A model generated the notes under the pieces. That model saw only the letters and a list, made by a program, of their open reading frames with translations. It made no database searches and was not told where the DNA came from. 32,000 bases of DNA from positions 1,590,001 through 1,622,000 of the forward strand of contig NZ_CP080507.1 in assembly GCF_019464535.1 (NCBI RefSeq), written 5' to 3'. A program made the position numbers and the translations under genes. Positions 9,297 through 17,054 of this stretch are shown piece after piece. Origin of the DNA: Horticoccus luteus. GTDB lineage: Bacteria; Verrucomicrobiota; Verrucomicrobiia; Opitutales; Opitutaceae. Numbering within the stretch: position 1 is the stretch's first letter; each line of letters opens with the position of its first letter.

Positions 9297-10019
9297 TTAA
9301 AGAACGCCGGCCTCGCGGAAACTGTAATATCCGCGCGCCGTCGGGTCGGCCGCGAGGGAACCGACGATGACGTGATCGAGCAAGGCGATGTCGACGGTGC
9401 GGGCGGCCTCGCGCAACTGGCGGGTGACCTGCACGTCGGCGGCGCTGGGCGAGGGGTCGCCGCTCGGGTGATTGTGCGCGGCAATGATGGCGGTGGCGGA
9501 GGCGCGCAGGGCTTCGCGAAACACTTCGCGGGGATGCGCGAGCGCACTGGTCGCGGTGCCGGAGGTGACTTCGGCGCATTTGATGAGCCGATTTTTGCGG
9601 TTGAGGCACAGCACCCAGAATTTTTCGACCAAGAGTGCTTGTGCGAGCGGGCGCAGGTAATCGGCGGCGAGTCCGGCGGTGTTGATGACCGGCATGGTTT
9701 CGGTCGCCTGGCGAAGGACGCGCGTGGCGACTTCGAAGACGGTGCGCAGTTGCGCGGCTTTGACGGGGCCGATGCCTTTGGCCCGACGAAAATCGCTATC
9801 GTTCCAGCGGGTGAGCGCGCCGAGCGAGCCGGCGTCGGTGAGCAGACGCGTGGCAAGGGTCATCACGTCCTGGCCTTGGGTGCCGCTGCGCAGAAGCATG
9901 GCGAGCAGTTCGGCATCGCTGAGGGCGCCGGGGCCGAGGCGTTCGAGACGCTCTTGCGGGCGTTCGCCCACGGCCATCGCTTGCAGGCGGTTCTCGGGGA
10001 AAGGCGCGCCGTCACTCAT
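9297..10019 (-). CDS. radC: RadC-family JAB/MPN-domain protein (UPF0758)
   Basis: N-terminal helix-hairpin-helix-like region ([20 protein letters not shown]...LGAL...IGPVKAAQL) and a C-terminal JAMM motif ([15 protein letters not shown]). Confidence 0.9.
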   Translation of the reverse strand: MSDGAPFPENRLQAMAVGERPQERLERLGPGALSDAELLAMLLRSGTQGQDVMTLATRLLTDAGSLGALTRWNDSDFRRAKGIGPVKAAQLRTVFEVATRVLRQATETMPVINTAGLAADYLRPLAQALLVEKFWVLCLNRKNRLIKCAEVTSGTATSALAHPREVFREALRASATAIIAAHNHPSGDPSPSAADVQVTRQLREAARTVDIALLDHVIVGSLAADPTARGYYSFREAGVL

Positions 10020-10067
10020 TTGCGTTCTTGTATCTGCGGGAGAGGATGCGCATCTGCAATACTTCCT

Positions 10068-10814
10068 ATGAAACCTTTACGCGTCGTTGTCTGGGGGGAG
10101 AATACCCATGAGCACAAGAATGCCGCCGTGGCGGCGATTTATCCGCAGGGTATGCATGCCGCGATTGCCGCGGGCGTGCGGGACTTGTTGCCGTCGGCGG
10201 AGGTGAGCACGGCGACGTTGCAGGAACCGGACCACGGGCTGACGGCGGAGAGGTTGGCCAAGACGGATGTGCTGACGTGGTGGGGGCACATGGCGCACGA
10301 TCAAGTGGACGAAAAGATCGTGGATCGGGTGCAACAGCGCGTGCTCGAAGGGATGGGATTGATCGTTTTGCATTCGGCGCATTACGCGAAAATTTTCCGG
10401 CGATTGATGGGCACGACGTGTTCGCTGCGCTGGCGGGAGGCCGGAGAGCGCGAGCGGCTCTGGGTGTGCAATCCGGGGCATCCGATTGCGCGCGGGCTCG
10501 ATCGTTATTTCGAACTGCCGCACGAAGAGATGTATGGCGAACCGTTCGCAATCCCTGCGCCCGATGAGCAAGTGTTCATCTCGTGGTTCGAGGGTGGAGA
10601 GGTGTTTCGCAGCGGATGCTGCTGGCATCGCGGCAACGGCAAAGTGTTTTATTTCCGGCCCGGCCACGAAACGTATCCGACTTATTTCGACCCGAACGTC
10701 CGGCGCGTGATCGCAAACGCCGTGGAATGGGCGCGGCCGCAGGGACAGTGGGCGGGCGTTGACCAGTCGCCCAACGAGAAAGTGCCGCCGGAGCCGCTGG
10801 GCCGATCGCAGTAA
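10068..10814 (+). CDS. ThuA-like (trehalose utilisation / class I glutamine amidotransferase-like fold) protein, 248 aa
   Basis: The in-frame ATG at 10068 gives [16 protein letters not shown].... Typical ThuA-domain features are present ([40 protein letters not shown]). The upstream 260 codons of ORF 9288-10814 are antisense to radC and Gly/Ala/Arg-rich, so they are rejected. Confidence 0.75.
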   Translation: MKPLRVVVWGENTHEHKNAAVAAIYPQGMHAAIAAGVRDLLPSAEVSTATLQEPDHGLTAERLAKTDVLTWWGHMAHDQVDEKIVDRVQQRVLEGMGLIVLHSAHYAKIFRRLMGTTCSLRWREAGERERLWVCNPGHPIARGLDRYFELPHEEMYGEPFAIPAPDEQVFISWFEGGEVFRSGCCWHRGNGKVFYFRPGHETYPTYFDPNVRRVIANAVEWARPQGQWAGVDQSPNEKVPPEPLGRSQ

Positions 10815-10891
10815 GCGACGCGGCGAGGCTGGCGCGGAGCAGGCAAAACCTGTCGATATAGAAGATCCGCCAGCAGGCGCGCACGAAGGGT

Positions 10892-10917
10892 TTTCCCGGG
10901 AAAGGGCGAAATTTCGC
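10892..10917. promoter_or_regulatory. Two adjacent perfect 12-bp palindromes, TTTCCCGGGAAA (10892-10903) and GCGAAATTTCGC (10906-10917): candidate operator sites
   Basis: Read directly from the sequence. They lie 45-70 bp upstream of the SLT-like gene start, in the 10815-10961 intergenic region. Function is inferred only from symmetry and position. Confidence 0.3.
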
Positions 10918-10961
10918 GGGTTGGCCCGAACTTGGACCACTTCGGCGGGTCAGGCCGCACC

Positions 10962-11420
10962 GTGAGTGCGATTGTCCGCAAATATGTGCTGGCCTGTATT
11001 GCGGCCGCCGGGGTGCTGGCTTGGGCGTGTCCCGGGGCGCAGGCGGGGACGCGCTGGGAAGTGCTGGAAGCGATTCATTGGGTGGAAAATCCATCGAACA
11101 GCACGCGGCCGGGACGTTTCGGGGAGCTGGGTCCGTATCAATTTCGAGAAAACACGTGGCGGCTGCATACAACCAAGCCGTTTCGCTGGGCCCTTGAGCG
11201 CAAGCAGGCAGACGAGGTGGCGGTGAAGCATTACGAATGGTTGCGGCGGGGGTTGGAGGCGGCCGGCATTGAAGCGTCGCCCTACAACATCGCGCTGGCG
11301 TGGAACAGCGGGCTGGACGCGGTGATCACGGGGCGCGCGCCGAGTGCCGCGCATCACTACGCGGACCGCGTTACCAATATGGCGACGCAAATCGGACGGT
11401 CGGCGCTGGCCAACCGTTAA
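10962..11420 (+). CDS. Small secreted lytic-transglycosylase-like (SLT domain) protein
   Basis: Signal-peptide-like N-terminus (VSAIVRKYVLACIAAAGVLAWACPGAQA) from the in-frame GTG at 10962. The ORF track starts at TTG 10932, so the start is uncertain. Family-1 transglycosylase-like pattern: VENPSN...GELGPYQF...ALAWNSG. Confidence 0.6.
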   Translation: MSAIVRKYVLACIAAAGVLAWACPGAQAGTRWEVLEAIHWVENPSNSTRPGRFGELGPYQFRENTWRLHTTKPFRWALERKQADEVAVKHYEWLRRGLEAAGIEASPYNIALAWNSGLDAVITGRAPSAAHHYADRVTNMATQIGRSALANR

Positions 11421-11504
11421 CTGCGCCTGCGCGCGAGCGCGGCAGCGGCGGGGTGGGAAAATCGCTTGGTTGTTGGCCGGGAGTCGCTCAGCGTAGGACG
11501 GAAG

Positions 11505-13487
11505 ATGAGGTCATTCGTCAAAGCGCTAAGCCGCTTCGCCTGGGCGCCTTTGGTATGTTTTGCGGTGGCGTGGGCTCTGGCACAAACGGAACTCCTGCAA
11601 GGGGCCGCGTGGCGCGTAAACGATGCCCAGGTGCGGTGGCGCACGCTTTTTCAACACCAAGGAGATCCGCGCATAGCGATCTCCCTTTTTGAGGACAGTA
11701 CCGAGGAGCTCGTCAGTTGGCCGCCCGATCGAGAGTATCATGCGACGCTGCTGGGGTTGCTCGCGGCGGATGGGACGGCGGTGGTGGCGTGGGACGTCAT
11801 TCTGGACGCGCAGCGGGAAGGAGAAGGGGACGAGCGACTTGTGGCCACGGCAGGCGCGGCGCGGGAGGCAGGCACGGGAGTCGTCGTGGGAGCGGTGTCT
11901 GACCCTGGCACGGGCGCCGGCGGACCGACGCTGCCGGACCCCGCAGATGCGTTTCACCACGTGGAAGGAGACGTCAGCGCGGCCTACGGAGACGTGTCGG
12001 CGTTACTGCCGTTTCCGGCACTGCGGTCGGCGGCGCGGTTTGGATTTGTGGATGCGCCGCGCAGTGGAGACGGGGTGATTCGGCAGATTCCGTTGGTCGT
12101 GCGGATCGGTGATCGGCTCTATCCTTCGTTCGCGCTGCAGACGGTGCTGGCTTATCTCCATGTCACCCTCGATCAGGTGACAGTGAAGCTCGGGGAGGCG
12201 GTGTCGTTTCCCACGCCGAAGGGCGTGTGCTCCGTGCCGATCGATCGCGAAGGGAAATATCTCATCAATTATCGTTACGAGCACGACGATCTCACGCCTG
12301 ATTACGCGACCTATACCTACCGCGAGCTGCTGTTGAAATTGAAGGCAAAGCTCATGGACGGAAAGCCCTTGCCCGGCCGCGAGCCGCAGGTGGAAGGCAA
12401 AATACTGTTGGTCGGGCAAACGGTGACGGGAAAGGCCGACGCCGGGCCGAGTCAGCGGAGTTCTTACACGCCGCTCGTGTTGGTGCACGCGAACGTCATT
12501 GATAACATCTTGAACCGAGACTTCATTCGCCGGCCGCCGGGCTGGGTGGTGTGGGGCGGATTGCTTTTGCTGGGCTATGCGGGATTAACGCCTGCAATAG
12601 CGCGGACCTTGCGGCTGCAGTTGAGTTTTGGGGTGCTGGTCATCGTGGCCTATGCAAGCGTGGTGATCTGGGGATTTGTTTACGGCAATTGGTGGGTGCC
12701 GGTGGTGGGACCGATGATGGGTTACGGCTTGTTGCAATTTGTCGTGATCGGGGGGCGGGTGCTGCGTGAACAGAAGGCGAAGGACCAGCTGAAGCAGATG
12801 TTTAACTCGTATCTTTCGCCCGAGCTCCTGAAAAAAATCCTGCGCGGGAAATCGCTCGCGGAAGTGAGCAGCGAACGCAAACCGGTCACCATTTTGTTCT
12901 CGGACTTGCGCGATTTTACCAGTTGGAGCGAGCAGACGAAGGAAGAGACCCTGATCGCGCAGTTGAACGAATACCTCGCGGCGATGGTGGAGTGCATTCA
13001 CGCGCACGGCGGGACGCTCCACAAGTTCATCGGTGACGCCGTCATGGCGGTGTGGGGCGACTTGGTGTCGGAAGGGCCGGCGACCGACGCTCAACGCGCG
13101 TGCGAGGCAGCCCTCGCCATGCAGGAGCGATTGAACGTGCTCAATGAACGCTGGGCCGCCGCCGGCGAACATACGCTGCGCATGGGGATCGGGTTGAATC
13201 ACGGCGTCGTGCTGGTCGGCAACATCGGCTCACCGCGGCGGATGGAGTTCACGGTCATCGGCGATGCGGTCAACCTGGCGTCGCGGCTTGAAAGCCTGAA
13301 TAAAGAACTCAAAACGGGCGTGCTTGTAGGGGGGGCGGTCTACGAATTGGTGCGCGACCATTTCGAGTTTCGTGAATGCGGTGCGGTGCCGGTGAAAGGG
13401 AAACGGGAGCCCGTGCCGGTTTTCGAGTTATGCGCTCTGAAATTGACGGGCTCCAGCGCTTCCCGGACACCGGTTGCGGAGAGCTGA
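11505..13487 (+). CDS. Membrane-bound class III adenylate/guanylate cyclase with periplasmic CHASE2 sensor domain (660 aa)
   Basis: An N-terminal TM segment (FAWAPLVCFAVAWALA) is followed by a ~330-aa extracytoplasmic region with CHASE2-like features. Three TM helices follow (WVVWGGLLLLGYAGL.., FGVLVIVAYASVVIWGFVY, VPVVGPMMGYGLLQFVVIGG). The cyclase core has VTILFSDLRDFTSWSE, LHKFIGDAVMAVWG, GLNHGVVLVGNIGS and FTVIGDAVNLASRLES. The Lys in HKFIGD favours ATP as substrate. Start chosen at ATG 11505; the ORF track begins 13 codons earlier. Confidence 0.9.
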   Translation: MRSFVKALSRFAWAPLVCFAVAWALAQTELLQGAAWRVNDAQVRWRTLFQHQGDPRIAISLFEDSTEELVSWPPDREYHATLLGLLAADGTAVVAWDVILDAQREGEGDERLVATAGAAREAGTGVVVGAVSDPGTGAGGPTLPDPADAFHHVEGDVSAAYGDVSALLPFPALRSAARFGFVDAPRSGDGVIRQIPLVVRIGDRLYPSFALQTVLAYLHVTLDQVTVKLGEAVSFPTPKGVCSVPIDREGKYLINYRYEHDDLTPDYATYTYRELLLKLKAKLMDGKPLPGREPQVEGKILLVGQTVTGKADAGPSQRSSYTPLVLVHANVIDNILNRDFIRRPPGWVVWGGLLLLGYAGLTPAIARTLRLQLSFGVLVIVAYASVVIWGFVYGNWWVPVVGPMMGYGLLQFVVIGGRVLREQKAKDQLKQMFNSYLSPELLKKILRGKSLAEVSSERKPVTILFSDLRDFTSWSEQTKEETLIAQLNEYLAAMVECIHAHGGTLHKFIGDAVMAVWGDLVSEGPATDAQRACEAALAMQERLNVLNERWAAAGEHTLRMGIGLNHGVVLVGNIGSPRRMEFTVIGDAVNLASRLESLNKELKTGVLVGGAVYELVRDHFEFRECGAVPVKGKREPVPVFELCALKLTGSSASRTPVAES

Positions 13488-13516
13488 TTTCAGCGGTGAG
13501 AGTCCTAAATTAGGGA

Positions 13517-13545
13517 TTGCCAAAGGAAGTCGCCACTCAATATTG
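13517..13545 (+). promoter_or_regulatory. Possible sigma70-type promoter (TTGCCA - 16 nt - AATATT) in the AT-richer leader of the FecR-domain gene
   Basis: Hexamers read by eye about 55 nt upstream of ATG 13600. The match to consensus is partial, and the promoter consensus of this organism is unknown. Confidence 0.2.
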
Positions 13546-13599
13546 CAACCTGTTTTCCCTTCCGGTAGTAAACCGACCCATATTTCATCCGCTTCATCC

Positions 13600-14604
13600 A
13601 TGAGATACCTAAAACAGCTGCTCTCCTTTGTTGTCGTGAGCTTCGTCGCAAGCTCACTCGCCACCGCCGCCGCCCCTGAGGCTAAAGTGGTCAAGGTCTC
13701 GGGCGATGCCCGGGTTCAATTGCCGGGCCAGTCTTCCCCGGTGCAGGTCACCGAAGGCATGTTGCTTCCCCAAGGCTCGACGATCACGACCGCGAACGGC
13801 GAAGTTTGGCTAAGTGGATTTCCCGGTGCCACCGCTGCCGTTCATCCCAACTCTTCCGTCAACTTAAGTGAACTCGGCACCAATAACGACGGCAAGCGCA
13901 AGGCGTTGCTGGAGCTCACCCGCGGCAAGATTACATCTACGCTGGACCCCTCCAAGTCGGGCGTCACAAACTATAGCGTCCGCACCCCGAAAGGTGTGGC
14001 GGCGGCACGTGGCACAGCGTTTGAGGTAATCTTCGCGCAGAGCGCCACGACGGGCGAAGGCGAGATGACCACGGTCACGCTGAGCGGCACGGTGACGGTG
14101 ACCATGCATATGGCTGACGACAAGGTCGTCACCTTGAGTTTGCCGGTCGGCAACGCAGTGACGAGTGGTGGCGGATCGGCCGACCTTAATGGCACGTCCG
14201 TCACTATTGCCGAGGCACTTTCAAATGGCACGATTTCGGCGGAAGACCTTAAGCAGGCCGTGCTAGCCGTGGTCGGGGCTGTTACTGGCGGGGGAAATGG
14301 CTACTCTGATGCCACAGGCCAAGCGCTGATCAAAGCGGCGGTAGGGGCGTCGGTCGCGGCGGTTGGGGCTAATTCGGCGGACGCTAATGCGATCATAGAG
14401 GCCGCCCAAAAAGCAGTCGGCTCGAACAGCGCACTTTCTGGCGCGGTGGATGCGGGCGCAACGGCCGGCGGCCAAAACTCGAATTCGGGAGATACTACGA
14501 ATTCGGACCAAAAAAGCGGCCAGATCACTCCCAGCACTGGCAGCCAAGAACAGGGTAAGGATATCGACCAAACCAAGTCGATCGTTACCAGTCCTTCCCA
14601 CTAA
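13600..14604 (+). CDS. Secreted FecR-domain protein with low-complexity Ala/Gly/Ser/Asn-rich C-terminal region (334 aa)
   Basis: ATG at 13600 gives the signal peptide MRYLKQLLSFVVVSFVASSLATAAA. A FecR-like beta-rich pattern follows (VVKVSGDARVQLPG...VTEGMLLPQGSTITTANGEVWLSGFPGATAAVHPNSSVNLSEL). No cytoplasmic anti-sigma domain or TM anchor is visible. Confidence 0.8.
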   Translation: MRYLKQLLSFVVVSFVASSLATAAAPEAKVVKVSGDARVQLPGQSSPVQVTEGMLLPQGSTITTANGEVWLSGFPGATAAVHPNSSVNLSELGTNNDGKRKALLELTRGKITSTLDPSKSGVTNYSVRTPKGVAAARGTAFEVIFAQSATTGEGEMTTVTLSGTVTVTMHMADDKVVTLSLPVGNAVTSGGGSADLNGTSVTIAEALSNGTISAEDLKQAVLAVVGAVTGGGNGYSDATGQALIKAAVGASVAAVGANSADANAIIEAAQKAVGSNSALSGAVDAGATAGGQNSNSGDTTNSDQKSGQITPSTGSQEQGKDIDQTKSIVTSPSH

Positions 14605-14630
14605 TCGGACGTTAACCTAAAGCAAATTTC

Positions 14631-14660
14631 AGCGCCCGCGGAAACGCGGGCGCTTTTTTT
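14631..14660 (+). terminator. Rho-independent terminator (AGCGCCCGCG-GAAA-CGCGGGCGCT followed by T7)
   Basis: Perfect 10-bp GC-rich stem, GAAA tetraloop and a run of seven T, 27 nt after the FecR-domain gene stop. Confidence 0.9.
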
Positions 14661-14689
14661 GTGCCAAGCTTCAGCGATGGGCGCGTTGT

Positions 14690-14784
14690 CGGTTAATCGC
14701 CCACACCACGCGTCCCGTGTCCGCCCCCGTGCGCGCCACGGCACCGCGCTGGCGAGCGCTGATTGCCCCGCCGCCGATTAACCG
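14690..14784. repeat. 95-nt GC-rich element closed by a perfect 10-bp inverted repeat (CGGTTAATCG ... CGATTAACCG) with internal short hairpins
   Basis: 14690-14699 is the reverse complement of 14775-14784. The inner hairpins are CCGTG-CGCGC-CACGG (14727-14741) and GCGCT-GGCG-AGCGC (14746-14759). It lies between convergent genes, 16 nt beyond the stop of the minus-strand HAD gene. Confidence 0.5.
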
Positions 14785-14799
14785 CCTGCACTCCGGGCG

Positions 14800-15825
14800 T
14801 CAGTCCAAGAAATTGGCCTGCTTAGGCAGGCGAGAGGCTCGCAAGGCGGCTTCCTCCTCTGGCGTCGCATTGAGGTGCCGCGGAGGCTTGACGGTCTTCT
14901 GAGCCACCGCGACTTCGCGGTCGGCGACGATCCGGTCGCAGATGGCGTGAATGTGCAGGCGGAGCCAGCGAGCCGTGCTGCTGGCCGCAGTATAGTCGGC
15001 GGGACCGTAGCCGTGAATGCGGCCGGATTGGAGCAGGCGATCGTTTTGCTCGAATTCCCCCGCGCGGTCGGGGTTGTAAACGCCATAGGCGCGCCCGCCG
15101 CCGCTCTTGACCACGGAAAAGCTCGGGATGTCGCTCGGGCCATCGGCCACGTAGATCATATTCTGGAATGGAATCCGGCGGTCCTCGGGCTTCACGTTCG
15201 CGTTCACATCGATCGCAGGATTCTTGTTGGTGCCCTTGTTGATTTCGAAGAGCGCCCGGGTTTTGGTCGTGTTGTCGATCACCATGCCGATCTGCGCAAT
15301 GACCGCGTCGGCCGAGATCGCCATCTCGCTTTGCTGGAGAAAACCGGGCTGAAGCGGGCTTTCGATGAACTCGCAGCCCCAAATTCCATCAACGTGCGAT
15401 GCGATGGCGCTGCCCCGAATCATTTCCGCCAGACCGGTGCTGACGATGTAATGTTCGAGCTGGATTTCGTGCTTACGAAATTCGGCGCGTTCGGCGACGT
15501 AGCTTTTGGCCAGGCCGAAAAACTGGGGCAAACCGGGATAAAATTCGATTTCAGCGCCGCACGCCCGGAGTTCGCGGTTATCGAGCCGGCCAAACTTGCC
15601 TGCCAACACATAAGTCAGGATGTGGTTGAGGTAGCTGATTTCGCCGGAAAGGTGATAGCCGCGTTTCCGATAATGCTCGAGCAAGGCGTTCGTCTCCGCC
15701 CAAAACGTGGCTTCGTCGATGTCATGGCGCCGGAAAAGCGGGGCCTGCATGTAGCCGGGGATTAAGGTCTTGTCGAAATCCCAGATGCACGCGATGATGT
15801 TTTGAGTGAAAAGCGTCGTAGCCAT
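14800..15825 (-). CDS. HAD-superfamily hydrolase-like protein, uncharacterised subfamily (341 aa)
   Basis: The internal ATG at 15825 gives MATTLFTQNIIACIWDFDKTL. This carries HAD motif I (DxDxT). Motif II is IVSTG, there is a Lys-containing motif III region, and motif IV is YVADGPSDIP. The 43 upstream codons of the ORF-track ORF are Arg/Ala-rich and were not used. Confidence 0.75.
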   Translation of the reverse strand: MATTLFTQNIIACIWDFDKTLIPGYMQAPLFRRHDIDEATFWAETNALLEHYRKRGYHLSGEISYLNHILTYVLAGKFGRLDNRELRACGAEIEFYPGLPQFFGLAKSYVAERAEFRKHEIQLEHYIVSTGLAEMIRGSAIASHVDGIWGCEFIESPLQPGFLQQSEMAISADAVIAQIGMVIDNTTKTRALFEINKGTNKNPAIDVNANVKPEDRRIPFQNMIYVADGPSDIPSFSVVKSGGGRAYGVYNPDRAGEFEQNDRLLQSGRIHGYGPADYTAASSTARWLRLHIHAICDRIVADREVAVAQKTVKPPRHLNATPEEEAALRASRLPKQANFLD

Positions 15826-15864
15826 GGCTTGCTTGCTGCGTGAGGCAATCGTTGCCTGACGGTG

Positions 15865-15910
15865 GCGAATCGCGCGAGGCAAGCCGCAACTTGCGGCCCG
15901 CGCAATTCGC
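15865..15910. other. Nested inverted repeat / extended hairpin in the divergent HAD-prfA intergenic region
   Basis: The outer arms GCGAATCGCGCG (15865-15876) and CGCGCAATTCGC (15899-15910) pair 11/12. The inner perfect hairpin is GCCGCA-ACT-TGCGGC (15883-15897). A further small hairpin GGCAA-TCG-TTGCC lies at 15844-15856. The element ends 24 nt before the prfA ATG. Confidence 0.5.
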
Positions 15911-15934
15911 AAATCTCTGCCTGCTTGCCGCTCC

Positions 15935-17053
15935 ATGGATCCTTTGCCCGACATCGCACCTTTCCGCCGCCGACTGGATGAGCTCGACGCCCAGATGGCG
16001 GACGCCTCGTTTTACACCAATCCGCGCAAAGCGGCGGAGATTTCGCGGGAGCAGCAGAAGCTCGTGCAGCTCGTCAACGATTACCGCGCGCACGAACGCG
16101 CCGGTCGCGACATAGCAGAAGCGGAGGCTTTGATGCGCGACGCGGCGGCGGATGCAGATTTGCGCGAGCTCGCAGCGGGCGAGCTGGAGGCCTTGCGCAC
16201 AAAACGCGCCTCGCTCGCCGCGGAGTTGCTGCACGCCATGATCCCGCCGGAACCCACCGACTCGCGGAATACCGTGATGGAAATCCGGGCCGGCACCGGC
16301 GGCGACGAAGCCAGCTTGTTCGCGGCCGAGCTGTTCCGCCTCTACTCAAAGTTTGCCGAAGGGCGGGGCTGGAAAGTCCAACCCATGAGTTCCAGCGCGA
16401 GCGATCGCGGCGGATTGAAGGAGGTAATTTTCCTCATCACCGGCGCCGACGTTTACAAGTGGTTGAAATTCGAAAGCGGAGTGCATCGCGTGCAACGCGT
16501 CCCGGTCACGGAAGCAAACGGCCGGATTCACACGTCGACGGTGACGGTGGCGGTATTGCCTGAGGCGGAGGAAGTGGACGTGCAAATCGATCCGCAGGAC
16601 CTCGAAATCACGGTGAGTCGGGCGAGCGGCCCCGGCGGGCAAGGGGTAAATACGACTGATTCGGCAGTGCAGATTTTGCACAAGCCGACGGGCCTCATCG
16701 TGCAGTGCGCGGATGAGCGTTCCCAACTGAAAAACAAAGCACGAGCGATGACCGTGCTCCGTTCGCGCCTGCTGAAACGGCGCGAAGAGGAAGAGCACGC
16801 GAAATATGCGGCCGTGCGCCGAAGCCAGATTGGATCCGGCGATCGCAGCGAGCGCATTCGCACTTACAATTTTCCGCAAAACCGCCTGACCGATCACCGT
16901 ATCGGGCTCACGCTTTACAATCTGCCGCAGGTGATGGAAGGCGACATCGACGCGGTGATTGCGGCGCTCCAAAAGGCGGATTTCGAAGAGAAACTCGCGA
17001 CTCTAACGGGCGCACCGATCGCGGCGCGTCGGTCCGACGCGCCGGAGGAATGA
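15935..17053 (+). CDS. prfA: Peptide chain release factor 1
   Basis: GGQ motif ([15 protein letters not shown]), RF1-type PxT tripeptide context ([14 protein letters not shown]) and typical RF1 N-terminal coiled region. It is followed by prmC with a 1-nt gap. Confidence 0.95.
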   Translation: MDPLPDIAPFRRRLDELDAQMADASFYTNPRKAAEISREQQKLVQLVNDYRAHERAGRDIAEAEALMRDAAADADLRELAAGELEALRTKRASLAAELLHAMIPPEPTDSRNTVMEIRAGTGGDEASLFAAELFRLYSKFAEGRGWKVQPMSSSASDRGGLKEVIFLITGADVYKWLKFESGVHRVQRVPVTEANGRIHTSTVTVAVLPEAEEVDVQIDPQDLEITVSRASGPGGQGVNTTDSAVQILHKPTGLIVQCADERSQLKNKARAMTVLRSRLLKRREEEEHAKYAAVRRSQIGSGDRSERIRTYNFPQNRLTDHRIGLTLYNLPQVMEGDIDAVIAALQKADFEEKLATLTGAPIAARRSDAPEE

Positions 17054-17054
17054 C

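Noticed and set aside
9288-10067. N-terminal extensions of ORF-track ORFs: 9288-10067 for the ThuA-like gene, 4142-4570 for the tail fibre, 3987-4100 for the peptidase, 13474-13599, 15826-15954, 21119-21304 and 23479-23526.
   Set aside because: The extensions overlap other well-supported genes or have non-protein-like composition. Internal ATG starts give proper signal peptides or conserved N-termini and ATGA coupling.
13531-13548. Sigma-54-like promoter (CGCCAC-N6-TTGCA) upstream of the FecR-domain gene
   Set aside because: The GG dinucleotide of the -24 element is missing, and the spacing is one base too long relative to TGGCAC-N5-TTGC.
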